Part shown: positions 50,416 to 60,592 of the stretch, piece by piece | Layout: every line of letters begins with the position of its first letter | Position numbering within the stretch: the stretch's first letter is position 1 | Source of the DNA: a virus | IMG/VR virus record: IMGVR_UViG_3300012971_000001 | Span: 32,001-96,000 of that record | DNA length: 64,000 bases | Reading direction: 5' to 3' (one strand) | Made by a program: the position numbers and the translations under genes | Notes under the pieces: generated by a model | The model's database searches: none | The model's input: the letters and a program-made list of their open reading frames with translations, nothing else | What the model was told of the DNA's origin: nothing

Positions 50416-50936
50416 TCAAGGCCAAGCTCGATCATGCTATCCGGTACATAGCCACAAAGAGCACGCACGCCACACTCCACGGTCGCCTATCTTCAGATGA
50501 GCAACACGCAGTAAGGCTGTTAAAATCCCGTCAGCGTATGATTGACCGGGAATGGCATGCCGTATTCGGGAATGGGAAAATGAAGATCAACGCAGTAGCA
50601 GAACTAAAGCTTTCCAAGCCAGATGACGGGACTCTGTTCCGGCTTGGCGAGAAGTGGCATTCGCGCGGCCGACTAGACTGCAAAGCCTGTGCCACGACTA
50701 TGTTGGAAGACCTACCGATTCCGGTGCCGGTTTCCCGGATCTGCCCCAAGTGCAAAGACGGCGTAGAACACGCCTACGATGTGCAAGAATTAAAGCCTTT
50801 ACCCGAGGGTATTGTCCTAGGGGACGGGGACGTCGTAACGACGGTGCCTGAGGGAGGAAACAAGCCCATGAAAGTGGTTGTAACCCGGTACTTCCACTGC
50901 GACGGGTGCAACAGCCGGGATCAGGTGGTGTTATGA
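50346..50936 (+). CDS. Hypothetical Cys-rich (zinc ribbon) protein
   Basis: CKAC, CPKC and CDGC pairs. Confidence 0.55.
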   Translation: MPQSDRAAKHVQEGGEAFESGELIKAKLDHAIRYIATKSTHATLHGRLSSDEQHAVRLLKSRQRMIDREWHAVFGNGKMKINAVAELKLSKPDDGTLFRLGEKWHSRGRLDCKACATTMLEDLPIPVPVSRICPKCKDGVEHAYDVQELKPLPEGIVLGDGDVVTTVPEGGNKPMKVVVTRYFHCDGCNSRDQVVL

Positions 50937-51334
50937 TAGCCGTAATGCTGTTTTGTACTTTTGCCGTCGTCCTGTTAATTGCTTTCGGGTCGAACGTGAC
51001 GAGGATACAGAACCTGGAAAAGAATGCCTTGAACATGCAGCAGCAGGCGCAAGCCAGGATAGCAGCGTTGGAAGCAGAGCTTATGCAAGCCCGGCAAGGC
51101 CTGATGCAGTCGCTCGAAGCACGGTTGGACCAGCAAAAGAAATTGACCGCTGCACTAGAAAAGATCGAGACCATGCAGCACGGCAGACTGTTCGACCAGA
51201 CATTGGCAAAGAGCGCATTGGAGCGCGGCGACCGCTTCCGGGGCGTGTTGGAAGCAGTGCTGAAAGCGCAGGGAGTAGACGAAGATAAAATCGCGACTCT
51301 GGTCGAAGTAGCCGAAGAGGAACCGGAAAGCTAG
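50933..51334 (+). CDS. Membrane-anchored coiled-coil protein
   Basis: N-terminal hydrophobic helix, then a Q/E/A-rich coiled coil. Confidence 0.6.
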   Translation: MIAVMLFCTFAVVLLIAFGSNVTRIQNLEKNALNMQQQAQARIAALEAELMQARQGLMQSLEARLDQQKKLTAALEKIETMQHGRLFDQTLAKSALERGDRFRGVLEAVLKAQGVDEDKIATLVEVAEEEPES

Positions 51335-51465
51335 CTTCCGATTTCATCCTCTCTGAAAGAGAGTCATAGCTACCGCATAGCCATAATGATAGCCGTGATC
51401 ATAGCCATAGCAGTAGCAAGCGAAAAGATATTCCTAATATACGTATTACGAGAAATTCCCGGCGC

Positions 51466-52116
51466 ATGCGGGACCGACATCGAACCTTTCCAAAACGCCT
51501 GGGATACAGCTTCCAGCCGCATACGTTACCATACAGCATGACCGGATCGGGCAGTAGCAGAATGTCGGAAATGTGGGGCGCGGCCAATGCCATAATGACA
51601 GAAGTGGAAAATTGGCTGCTCTCCAGAGAGCGCAAGCAACTGAGGCTGAATTTCCGGGTGCTCGACCAGGCACGGCTGCTCAAGTTACGCGTATGGGAGC
51701 AGAGATACTGCGTCGGAATACCGGAAATACTCGATCTGATCATGCCGATCCTCCGCGCCCAGGTAAAGAGGATCAGAAAAAGCGGCGGCCTGGGCATCAC
51801 GGTCGCAGCCATGACGGGTGACGGGGCGGAAAAGATCCTCGTGCAGGAACTGAAAAAGAAATACCCCGACGGCGAGAACGTGACAGTGCTCAGAGAGCGC
51901 ATGAGAGAGCAGCAGCTGCAGGCCGAAGAAGAAGCGGACAACGACGGAATGAGGACGAGGGACCGCAGCGTGCGATCCGTGCTAGATTCGATCAGCATCG
52001 GGGACTTTGCCAAAGCCTACTCCAGCAGCATCATACGAAAGCGCATGCGCGTGCAGTCGGAACTGAACAACCCGGTGCGTAGAAGAAAAGCCTATCGAGG
52101 CAATTGTTGGAGATGA
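51466..52116 (+). CDS. Hypothetical protein in the replication region (start uncertain)
   Basis: 216-aa ORF with phage-typical codon use in its 3' part. Confidence 0.5.
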   Translation: MRDRHRTFPKRLGYSFQPHTLPYSMTGSGSSRMSEMWGAANAIMTEVENWLLSRERKQLRLNFRVLDQARLLKLRVWEQRYCVGIPEILDLIMPILRAQVKRIRKSGGLGITVAAMTGDGAEKILVQELKKKYPDGENVTVLRERMREQQLQAEEEADNDGMRTRDRSVRSVLDSISIGDFAKAYSSSIIRKRMRVQSELNNPVRRRKAYRGNCWR

Positions 52117-52120
52117 TTCA

Positions 52121-52723
52121 ATGGAAACGCCTTTACCTTTCTACATTCCAAGCGCAGCTGACAACCCGGAATCATTGAAAGCGCCGGGAGTCAGAATTAC
52201 CCTGCCGCCAACGATGATAGATATGTCGGCTCATCTATCCACGCTTGACTACACCGACGACTCGATGATGCAGTCGCTCTGCGTAGCCATCGCCACAACC
52301 AGAAAAATCCGGCGCACCTCCGTGCCCAATCTCACCGCGTTTGCCCAGTCGAGGCCGGACACGCTGCTGGACGCCATGAACATGGCAAAGAATGAAGGAT
52401 TCATAGACCGGATCATGACGCTGACGCTTATGCAAGATTTGGTCAAGGCCATCTCGAACGGGTTTGTCATCCTGTTTGAGACGAAGCTGACGCCGACCGT
52501 GTTCGATGACGCAATCCTCGATGATAACATCTCACCGTATCAGCAGCTAACGCCGTGGAAAGAGCCTAACGGCAAGCCGTGGCTAGCAGCTCATGGCGTA
52601 GGCATCGGCTACCACTTACCGAGGCAGATGGTGGTGAGCCTCATTTACAAGCACCTGTACGAAGTACCAATGTCGTACATACTCACCGGGACGAAGACAC
52701 CGCAATTATGGACACTAGACTGA
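52121..52723 (+). CDS. Hypothetical protein
   Basis: GGAG Shine-Dalgarno, 200 aa. Confidence 0.6.
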   Translation: METPLPFYIPSAADNPESLKAPGVRITLPPTMIDMSAHLSTLDYTDDSMMQSLCVAIATTRKIRRTSVPNLTAFAQSRPDTLLDAMNMAKNEGFIDRIMTLTLMQDLVKAISNGFVILFETKLTPTVFDDAILDDNISPYQQLTPWKEPNGKPWLAAHGVGIGYHLPRQMVVSLIYKHLYEVPMSYILTGTKTPQLWTLD

Positions 52724-52956
52724 GAGCACTGAACTCGCTACCGCGGGCCTCACAGAAGCAGATAGACCTTATTCAGCGGCTACTAAATGACTGCGGCTAC
52801 GGCGATCTAGCCAAGAGAAATGCCTACCTGTCAGCCAAGACAGAGCGGGACATCAAGTACGTAGATGACCTTAGAAAAGTAGAAGCAATCTGGATCATAG
52901 ATGAGCTGATGAGATACAGAGAGCAACTGTGGATAGAACGTTCGAAGAAGAGCTGA
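52708..52956 (+). CDS. Small hypothetical protein
   Basis: ASQKQIDLI...DDL...EA..IIDEL helical motif seen in phage proteins. Confidence 0.55.
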   Translation: MDTRLRALNSLPRASQKQIDLIQRLLNDCGYGDLAKRNAYLSAKTERDIKYVDDLRKVEAIWIIDELMRYREQLWIERSKKS

Positions 52957-53852
52957 AGAGAATTGCTAAGCGGCGAAGATGGGCTTTTATTGAACTTACG
53001 TATGCTGAGAAAATGGTCGAGCACAATCGACTTTGCAGTTCTGGTAGACGTGCTCTGCTGAAGTACTTAATGACAGTATTTCACGGTGCAAAAGAAACGA
53101 CATTTACTTTTCAGCGTAGGTATGGCATAAATGAAAAAGTAGAAGTAGAAGATTTATACGATGTGAAGTACGAATGGGCACTACATGACTTATCGCTTTG
53201 GAGTAAGGAGTGCGAAGCTCTAGCTTTAGCTACTTCTAATAATGCTATGTACGCATATCTCAGACAGCAATATGGTTCTGGGATAAAGGTGGTAAAGACT
53301 TTGCGCTGGTTATTACTGTCTCAGCACGTACCTCGCAAGAGTGTGCTGTTTGTAGAGACGTGGCTGAAGCCTGCAATGCAGAATGACTTTCTCCAAAAAG
53401 TTGATACACTATCGTCGCCTGACGGATGCTGGTTGTGGAAGGGTGCAACAAAGGATGAAGGCTACGGCAAAGTGTTTCTGCGTATGCCAAATGGAAGTAT
53501 TGAACGCACTGCTCATCGCGCTGCCTTCATTTGGTGGGTTGCTGCTTTGACGAAAGCAAGACCCTGTGTTTTGCATAGAAGTTTTTGCAATAACCGAAAC
53601 TGTCTGAATCCAAGCCACTTGTATGCCGGGACAAAAGAAGATAATACAAATGATAGAATTGCTTGGGGCAGCAATAACTACTCTAGTGGCATGAATAACC
53701 CCAATAGTAAGTTGACAGAACTACAAGTTAGAGTGATTCGCTCTTTGTACTCTAGGACGCGCATGTCCCAGCAAAAGCTAGCCGATATTTTTGGTACAAC
53801 TGATACAGCGATATGGTCTGTCGTCAATCGAAAGACATGGCCTAACTTGTAA
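52929..53852 (+). CDS. HNH endonuclease with an extra N-terminal region of about 150 aa
   Basis: SSPDGCWLWKG...AHRAAF...CLNPSHLYAGT..DN...KLTELQVRVIR; lower GC than neighbours. Confidence 0.75.
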   Translation: MDRTFEEELKRIAKRRRWAFIELTYAEKMVEHNRLCSSGRRALLKYLMTVFHGAKETTFTFQRRYGINEKVEVEDLYDVKYEWALHDLSLWSKECEALALATSNNAMYAYLRQQYGSGIKVVKTLRWLLLSQHVPRKSVLFVETWLKPAMQNDFLQKVDTLSSPDGCWLWKGATKDEGYGKVFLRMPNGSIERTAHRAAFIWWVAALTKARPCVLHRSFCNNRNCLNPSHLYAGTKEDNTNDRIAWGSNNYSSGMNNPNSKLTELQVRVIRSLYSRTRMSQQKLADIFGTTDTAIWSVVNRKTWPNL

Positions 53853-53853
53853 C

Positions 53854-55176
53854 ATGGATAGTGAGCTCAGACTACAGCTGCTGCGCGCGCTGGTCCGGGA
53901 CCGTCAGTTTCTCAAGTCATCCTGGCGGGACGTAGATCCGACCACGTTTGCGGAGAAGGAAGAGCGCACGATTGCTAAGGCGGCCTTAGGCTTTTGGGAG
54001 AAGTACGAGTCGCCGATTGGACCTATGTTGCGATCGGCTATAGATGAAGAAATCTCCAAGAATGGGATGGCGGTTAAGACCAAGCAGAAGCTGAAGGACT
54101 TGGTCAATCTAATACAGGCGCAGAAGCTAGAGCCAGTTTCTCTATTAGCGCTGCAGGACAGAATAAAGTCACTAAAGCATAACTCGTTCTACGAAACAGC
54201 ATTAGACGAAATCATTACCGCACACGAAGCCCACGAGTTCAACGTGGAGATGCTTCGCGAAATAATCGAGAAGGCTGCGATCGAGTTACAGACTGGGAAA
54301 GTCGAAGCCAGAGACTATCTAGACCAGCTCGAGAACCGCATAACTCGACGCAACCATTGGGACGAATTGAAAAAGTACCCGATGCTGCTAATAGATCCAT
54401 TGGATGAGAAGGTCCGATCTATTGGTCGCGGGCATATCGGCTTGTTACTCGCCCCGTACTCCAGTGGCAAGGGCTTAGCACTAGCATACATAGCTACAGC
54501 CTATGCAATGCAAGGCTTGAAGGTTCTCTTCATCACGCTAGAGGATCCTTTGGATCAAGTCGAGGATCGGCTTGATGCATCATTAACAGGGCTGCCGTTA
54601 TCGCGGTTGCAACAGCTACCTAATCGACTTAGGAAAAGGTTCCGACGCATCAAGAAGCAGATGCGTGGGCGTATCCATATTGTTGATGGCACAGAGGGTG
54701 GGTGGACACTTTCACAGATAGAAAAGTTATGGGAGCAAGAAAGGCAAGCAGGCTTCGTAGCCGACGTCATTATCATAGACTATGACGATGAAATAGAATG
54801 CGAGAAGCAGTTCAAAGGTGAAAGTGCAAGGAGGATGGAGTTTGCTTGGGTGTACCGCCGGATGAGAAGGATGGCAGCCAAGCTTGACGTAATACTCTGG
54901 ACAGCCGCACAAGCTTCGAGAGGTGCTGAAGGTAAGCGTATTGTAACCGGCAAGGATACTGCAGAGGACATTTCCAAGGTGCGTAAGGTGACCTTTGCGA
55001 TAGGTATTGGTGGAGATCCGAGGGAGGAGAACACGAAGACTCTGTATGTAATCCGCCATCGCTTAGACCGTAGTAGATTCGCAGTAGATATAAAAACGAA
55101 TTTCAGATGTGGATTGTTTTATGATAGAGAAGCCACCCTTGCCGCGAAACGGCGCCCTCGCAGACCTGCAAGCTAG
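53854..55176 (+). CDS. DnaB-like (SF4) replicative helicase
   Basis: APYSSGKG Walker A variant, FITLED, IIIDY, WTAAQ and AEDISK motifs. Confidence 0.85.
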   Translation: MDSELRLQLLRALVRDRQFLKSSWRDVDPTTFAEKEERTIAKAALGFWEKYESPIGPMLRSAIDEEISKNGMAVKTKQKLKDLVNLIQAQKLEPVSLLALQDRIKSLKHNSFYETALDEIITAHEAHEFNVEMLREIIEKAAIELQTGKVEARDYLDQLENRITRRNHWDELKKYPMLLIDPLDEKVRSIGRGHIGLLLAPYSSGKGLALAYIATAYAMQGLKVLFITLEDPLDQVEDRLDASLTGLPLSRLQQLPNRLRKRFRRIKKQMRGRIHIVDGTEGGWTLSQIEKLWEQERQAGFVADVIIIDYDDEIECEKQFKGESARRMEFAWVYRRMRRMAAKLDVILWTAAQASRGAEGKRIVTGKDTAEDISKVRKVTFAIGIGGDPREENTKTLYVIRHRLDRSRFAVDIKTNFRCGLFYDREATLAAKRRPRRPAS

Positions 55177-55648
55177 ATTCCTGAAGCACGTAGATAAGAC
55201 GTCATCGCCAAAGGGATGTTGGCTGTGGGTTAGCTCTACGCGTGGTGGTGGTTATGGCAACATATCAATTCGCATGCCAGATGGACACATGGAGTGTCTT
55301 GCGCATCGAATAGCTTATATCTGGTGGATCGGCCCCATTCCAGCGGGAAAGGAAGTCTGTCATAGAGGATTTTGTAATAATCCACATTGCGTAAATCCTG
55401 ATCACTTATACGCTGATACACATCAGCAGAATATGGCTGTTTCGATAGCTTTAGGCACGTTTAACTTTTTTCTGGTCAGAAGAGGTGAGCAGGTTCATGG
55501 CTCTAAGTTGACTGACTTGCAGGTTAGAGTAATTCGTGCTCTTGTTCGCAGAGGGATGATGCAGAAGAACGTTGCTAAGTGCTTTGGCTTAACACACGGC
55601 GCCGTGTGGAAAATAATTAGCCGAAAGACGTGGAAGCATGTTACTTAA
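55109..55648 (+). CDS. HNH homing endonuclease
   Basis: KTSSPKGCWLW...AHRIAY...CVNPDHL...KLTDLQVRVIR...RKTWKHV. Confidence 0.85.
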   Translation: MDCFMIEKPPLPRNGALADLQARFLKHVDKTSSPKGCWLWVSSTRGGGYGNISIRMPDGHMECLAHRIAYIWWIGPIPAGKEVCHRGFCNNPHCVNPDHLYADTHQQNMAVSIALGTFNFFLVRRGEQVHGSKLTDLQVRVIRALVRRGMMQKNVAKCFGLTHGAVWKIISRKTWKHVT

Positions 55649-56600
55649 AGAGGTCTTAGAAGCAGCGGGCGTCGAGTACCACGAGTCAAGGTCCAAGAAA
55701 TACGAAGTTACGATGAACTGCCCGTTCTGCGAGGAACGCGATGAGAGCCCGGACCACAGATACAGACTGGGACTCAACCTTGACCAGGGCCGGGGCCACT
55801 GTTTCAATTGCGACTGGAAATCCAACAGCTTCAGCTTCACGCTGCGAGAGTTCTGTCGCGTATTCGGCATCAAACGCAGAGTAGCACTGCGGGCAGCAGA
55901 GCCGGAAGTGAAAGAAGAAAAAGCACCGCAGATCACGGGCTGGCCGGTGGGATACGAGCCGTTTCTATTCGGGCAGAAGATGGAGCCGTTCGAGCACAAG
56001 GCGTACAGATATCTCCAGCTGCGGGGAGTGACCAAGCTACAGGTAGAACGCCATGAAATCGGCTATGCAGAAGTAGGGCCGTTTGCCGGTAGAATCGTGT
56101 TCCCGGTGATCGGGAAAAAGCATCGGATCTATGGTTGCGTGTCGAGGGCAGTCAGCCGCAGCCTGGAGCCGAAGTACCTGAACACGCCTGGTATCAAGCT
56201 GCTGTGGAATGCCTATCGCAAGGGCAAGCGTGCGGTGGTGGTCGAAGGGATCATGGACGCACTGGCAGTCGAGCGCGCCGTACCCTGGACAGCAGAAACG
56301 GTAGCCGTAGCGCGGCTGGGCAGTGCTATCACCCGGCTGCAGCTCCACGCATTGGCCAAGTATGAGGAAGTGGTCATTCTACCCGATTGGGATGTTCCGG
56401 GTGTCCAAGGGGCGGCGAAGCTTGCAACGATGCTGCTTGAGGGCGGAAAACCGTCCAAAATATGCGTTCCCATCGTGATGGATGACCGGGACCCGGCTTC
56501 CATGGACCCGCTGGATATCGTGCTGGCAATAGACTCAGCAATCCCGTGGTCCCGTAATACTGAACGTAGACTGAGACTTGCAGCATCCCGCGCTGCATAG
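55638..56600 (+). CDS. DNA primase (zinc finger plus TOPRIM)
   Basis: CPFC...HCFNC; RIVFP; KYLN; VVEGIMDA; PDWD. Confidence 0.88.
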   Translation: MLLKEVLEAAGVEYHESRSKKYEVTMNCPFCEERDESPDHRYRLGLNLDQGRGHCFNCDWKSNSFSFTLREFCRVFGIKRRVALRAAEPEVKEEKAPQITGWPVGYEPFLFGQKMEPFEHKAYRYLQLRGVTKLQVERHEIGYAEVGPFAGRIVFPVIGKKHRIYGCVSRAVSRSLEPKYLNTPGIKLLWNAYRKGKRAVVVEGIMDALAVERAVPWTAETVAVARLGSAITRLQLHALAKYEEVVILPDWDVPGVQGAAKLATMLLEGGKPSKICVPIVMDDRDPASMDPLDIVLAIDSAIPWSRNTERRLRLAASRAA

Positions 56601-56608
56601 GAGGACAG

Positions 56609-57172
56609 ATGAGCCATCTGGTCGAAGACGACAACAACATAGCAGTTCTGGAATTTATCCACTATATGTGCACGGCACGAGAGCCGGATGTGCTGGAAAT
56701 GGGCGCGAAGCGTAGCAGGGCAGAAATCAGCACACTGCATAAATGGTGGATACCGCATGCGAAGTCATTCACCGGCACAGACTTCGAGTACGGCTTTGAT
56801 GTTGACGTGCTGGCAGATGCCCACAGCATGTCCAAGACGTGGAAAGAGCCTACGTTCGACGCCATCATTAGCTGTGCAGTGTTCGAGCACCTGGAAAAGC
56901 CGTGGATCGTAGCGGAAGAAATGGCCAAGATCCTCAAGCCCCGCGGTGCAGTGCTGGTGCAGACGCACCAGAGCTTCCCGTTGCATAGTTACCCGAACGA
57001 CTACTGGCGCTTCTCAGCAGACGCAATGCGGGTGCTGTTCCATCGGGGCATCGGCTTCGAAGTGAGAGAATCCGCTTATCAGTTTCCCTGTCGCATCGAA
57101 AGCGAGCGAGACCCCGGCGGGCGCAATCATCCTGCATATCTGAACATCAACTGTTTCGCGGTGAAGCTCTAG
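56609..57172 (+). CDS. Class I SAM-dependent methyltransferase
   Basis: VLEMGA, FDAIIS..VFEHL..PW, ILKPRG and H.YP.DYWRF motifs. Confidence 0.8.
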   Translation: MSHLVEDDNNIAVLEFIHYMCTAREPDVLEMGAKRSRAEISTLHKWWIPHAKSFTGTDFEYGFDVDVLADAHSMSKTWKEPTFDAIISCAVFEHLEKPWIVAEEMAKILKPRGAVLVQTHQSFPLHSYPNDYWRFSADAMRVLFHRGIGFEVRESAYQFPCRIESERDPGGRNHPAYLNINCFAVKL

Positions 57173-57368
57173 CGTTGTACCTGCCCGGATTCTGTTATAT
57201 TCTGTCAATGGCTCCAAGCGCTGAATGCTGGCCCTGGAATAAAGCGCAGCAAGTCGTAGGGTGGAGCGGGGCACAGGCGATGGTGGTAGCCCAAAAGAGA
57301 GGCGGATCGGCCATCCGATTAGCATTCACCTGGATGGAGTACTAACGCCTCCCACCAAAGGAAGAAAT

Positions 57369-57566
57369 ATGGATGCAGATGATCGTAATTATAAGCCGCA
57401 GAAAACGCTGGACGAGAGACTGGACGCTTTAACGCAGTCGGTTGAGCTGCTGGCAGAGATGCACAAAGCAAATGAGGTACGGATGGAGCGAATGGAGCGC
57501 TCAATTACCGCAGCGGCTGTGGCGTTTTTGCAGGAGTGGGCCAAGAAGAACGGCAACGAGTCATGA
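57369..57566 (+). CDS. Small coiled-coil protein (TLDERLDALTQSVELLA type)
   Basis: AAGGA then ATG 57369; heptad pattern. Confidence 0.6.
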   Translation: MDADDRNYKPQKTLDERLDALTQSVELLAEMHKANEVRMERMERSITAAAVAFLQEWAKKNGNES

Positions 57567-57769
57567 GCCGCCTGACGCAAGAAGAGATTGATGCCCTCAA
57601 GGGCACCGAAGAGTACGCCAGCGCATTTGCCACGGCATTGGAAATTCACAAGAAGGTGCACGACCCAAACGCCACGCATTTTCGTGACTGCATAGAATGC
57701 AAGAGCGGCTTTGCCCTGCTGCTGGGCGCCGGCCTACAGAAGCTAAAGAATGAAGATAATCCTCATTGA
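57563..57769 (+). CDS. Small hypothetical protein
   Basis: ATGA-coupled; H...H..CxxC. Confidence 0.5.
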   Translation: MSRLTQEEIDALKGTEEYASAFATALEIHKKVHDPNATHFRDCIECKSGFALLLGAGLQKLKNEDNPH

Positions 57770-58694
57770 CGCAAAGAACGCCCTGTTCCGATACGGCTGG
57801 GCGTTCAAAACGCTGCAGACGTCGGACGGCACTTACACCGGAGCCGTTTACGGCATCCTGGGGCTGCTGCAGCGACTCAAGCGTCACCACAGCAACGCTC
57901 GCTTTGCGATGGTGTGGGATGGCGAGGGAAAGTCGTGGCGGCATGATTACTGGGCGGGCTACAAGTCGAACAGAGTCAAGAACGGCCCCATAGCCGACGG
58001 AGTAAAGAGGATCCTTGCCCAGATATCGACCGTGACAGAAGCCACGACTATGCTGGGCATACCGCAATTCCGGGTGCCTAGGCTGGAAGGCGACGATGCC
58101 ATAGCGTTGGTAGCAAAGCGGCTGATCGGCGAAGACCACGAAGTAATCATCTACAGCAGTGACAAAGACTTTCTGCAATTAATGCCGCTGGGCGTGAAAG
58201 TCATCCACAACGCTGAAGAGCCGGTGAACGTGGGATGGGTGAATTTAAAATTCCGGTGCGCGCCGGACAAGGTGCTGCTGGTCCGGTCCATCGCCGGAGA
58301 TCCATCGGACGCAATACCGGGCATACTCGAAGGCGTGGGCGTGGTTCGTGCAGCAGATATCATCAACGCCGGATGTAATCCCAGCTACAGCGATTTCGAG
58401 ATGCATGACCTGCGGCTGCAGCGTGCATGGAAGCATCTAATTCCTCGATGGGATGAGATACACAGAAATTACACGCTGATGAAGCTGGTGGATTTCAACA
58501 CGCTGCCGAAGCGTTATTCGGTAAGCGAATGCCATTGCATCGGCACTGCCATTGAAGACTGTGTGAAGAGCCTGTTGAATTATTCTCCCGGCCACAGATA
58601 CAGATCCTTTCTGCAGATGATGGGCGCGCTGGAGATGGCCCAATTTATTTCCGAAAGACACAGTCTGTGGCAGTTACAACGCCTGCCAAAATAG
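57750..58694 (+). CDS. 5'-3' exonuclease / flap endonuclease (T4 RNase H-like)
   Basis: LIDAKN, VWDG, YKSNR, EGDD, SDKDFLQL and GDPSDAIPG motifs. Confidence 0.9.
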   Translation: MKIILIDAKNALFRYGWAFKTLQTSDGTYTGAVYGILGLLQRLKRHHSNARFAMVWDGEGKSWRHDYWAGYKSNRVKNGPIADGVKRILAQISTVTEATTMLGIPQFRVPRLEGDDAIALVAKRLIGEDHEVIIYSSDKDFLQLMPLGVKVIHNAEEPVNVGWVNLKFRCAPDKVLLVRSIAGDPSDAIPGILEGVGVVRAADIINAGCNPSYSDFEMHDLRLQRAWKHLIPRWDEIHRNYTLMKLVDFNTLPKRYSVSECHCIGTAIEDCVKSLLNYSPGHRYRSFLQMMGALEMAQFISERHSLWQLQRLPK

Positions 58695-59092
58695 TGCGAA
58701 ACATTCCTATAAAGCACGCATCGAAAAAAGCCTAAATCATAACTCGTTCCAAGCCCTTGATCTTGCAATAACGGAGTGTTACAGTACCGTTGTTCTGGTA
58801 CGGGTTTCGATGTGTGTACAGTGCAAGTACAAGCCCGGTATATACGCGTTTTGTTGGTAGCAAGCGCATTCGCAACGCCGTAACCAAGCTGTAACGTTGA
58901 CGTAGTGAGATCAAGATGAGAAAGGCTCAGAAGAATGTATCCTACATACAGACCAGCGTCGTCTGCAGTGACGCCTCATAGAAGATGCTCTACACCCGGA
59001 TCGCGCAAAAAGCCTGGGGCACGGTTCGCGGGGCCTAGAATTTCCTAACCGATAATTTTGGGCTATACCAGGAAAAAGAAGAGCTTAATACT

Positions 59093-60592
59093 ATGATGTC
59101 TGAAAAGAAGATATCCCGTAATATAGCTAGCTGTACGGGGCTGATTATTTCGCGATCCCGGCAAACGTATGCTATGATTGCACCTGAACACAAGCGGCAT
59201 ATCGACCTTGAAGACGTAGTCCAGGAGGGCTATATAGCCGCGTTGGAGGCTGAGGCCTGCTTCCGGCCCCAAGGGGCAAAATTTTCCACGTTCCTATTTA
59301 ATCGGTTGACGTTTCGGTACAACCACGAGTTTACCGGGAAGCTGACGCAGCAGAAGCGCACTTCGTATCTGGTCGAGCTCGATGCACCGCTGAGCGAGGA
59401 CAGCGATCGAAAGCTGGAGCTGACGGATGACACGTTTACACCCGATTCGGATGTAGATTGCGTCGAAGGCTTCATTAATGTATGTAGGCTTCTATCACCG
59501 GGAGCTGTGGTGTGGTTCATCGGAACGCTAGTGTCTAGCACACAGGAATGGGAGCGCATGGTTCCTACCAGCGGCGCACGCAGTGAGATACTGAGGAAAG
59601 AGGTTGCAGACGCGGTTAAGATGCAGGGGTACAGTAGGGATGACTATAGCGCATTACGCGGGAGCGAGCGGGCACAAAAAATGGCCTTGATTACTCTTGC
59701 ACGGAATAGTAGCATTGGCTTGGGCACGGAACGAGATGCCCGGATACTGGAGTGTGTAGAGTGTCGTGGTCGCTTCGCTTTAGCAGCAATCCGCGCCGGT
59801 CGATACGTGGTACAGACCATGACCTGCGTGGCCTGCTATCAACAGATGCGGAAGGCAGACCCTGAGGAATCCTGTTTTGGCAAGTCAAAGACACCCGAAC
59901 ACGAAGGTTATTCGGAAAAAGATGTCGAGTGCACACTGCACTGTAGAGACAGAAAGGTCTGCAGTCAGTTTATTTCAGAGGAGAAAGATACAATGAAGGA
60001 AAAGAAGAGCAAGAAGGCTGCAGAGGAAGTCGAGACTCCGGTGGCCGAGGAAGAAACAAAGAAAAACGGCAGCGGCAAGAAGAGCGCAGCCGCAGCTGCT
60101 CCGGCTGCCAAGCCGAGCAAGAAAGCAGCCAAGGTCGAGGTCGAGGAAGAGGACAGCGAAGACGTCGACATCGAGACCGGGGACGACGACGAGGAAGAGG
60201 AAGAGAAGCCCGTTGCTGCGAAAAAGGCAGCGAAGCAGCCCGGCAAGGTCGCCAAGATGGAGACCAAGACCGAAAAGCCCGCAAAGGCAGCGAAGACCGA
60301 GGGCAAGGCAGCTTCCAACGGCAACAAGGAATATCCGGCGCCGAGTGAGGTGGTCCGGTGGCCGCACAAGACCGGCTCGTGGATGCAGTACTGTTTCCAG
60401 CGCGCCTACAAGGGTGTCAAGGCTACCGAGCTGGAGAACGAGACCAACGAGAGCGGTCGCAAGTGGGCCATCTTTTTGAAGGTGCTCCGCGGCGGCAAGT
60501 CCGGTATGAAGCGGCCGACGCATACGTGGCGTCTGGATGAGACCGGCGGACGACTCAAGATCGGCGACGTGAAGTATTTGGGCGGTGAATAG
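59093..60592 (+). CDS. Sigma70 region-2-like regulator fused to Cys-rich and K/E/A-rich domains
   Basis: DLEDVVQEGYIAALEA...GAKFSTFL; several CxxC-type pairs; in-frame internal GAGGAG plus ATG at 59993. Confidence 0.65.
   Translation: MMSEKKISRNIASCTGLIISRSRQTYAMIAPEHKRHIDLEDVVQEGYIAALEAEACFRPQGAKFSTFLFNRLTFRYNHEFTGKLTQQKRTSYLVELDAPLSEDSDRKLELTDDTFTPDSDVDCVEGFINVCRLLSPGAVVWFIGTLVSSTQEWERMVPTSGARSEILRKEVADAVKMQGYSRDDYSALRGSERAQKMALITLARNSSIGLGTERDARILECVECRGRFALAAIRAGRYVVQTMTCVACYQQMRKADPEESCFGKSKTPEHEGYSEKDVECTLHCRDRKVCSQFISEEKDTMKEKKSKKAAEEVETPVAEEETKKNGSGKKSAAAAAPAAKPSKKAAKVEVEEEDSEDVDIETGDDDEEEEEKPVAAKKAAKQPGKVAKMETKTEKPAKAAKTEGKAASNGNKEYPAPSEVVRWPHKTGSWMQYCFQRAYKGVKATELENETNESGRKWAIFLKVLRGGKSGMKRPTHTWRLDETGGRLKIGDVKYLGGE

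Noticed and set aside
50933-51334. Spanin or holin assignment
   Set aside because: Topology fits an i-spanin, but no endolysin or lipoprotein partner was recognised nearby.
55109-55648. Group I introns around the HNH genes
   Set aside because: Flanking genes look complete and overlap the HNH ORFs, leaving no room for intron cores.
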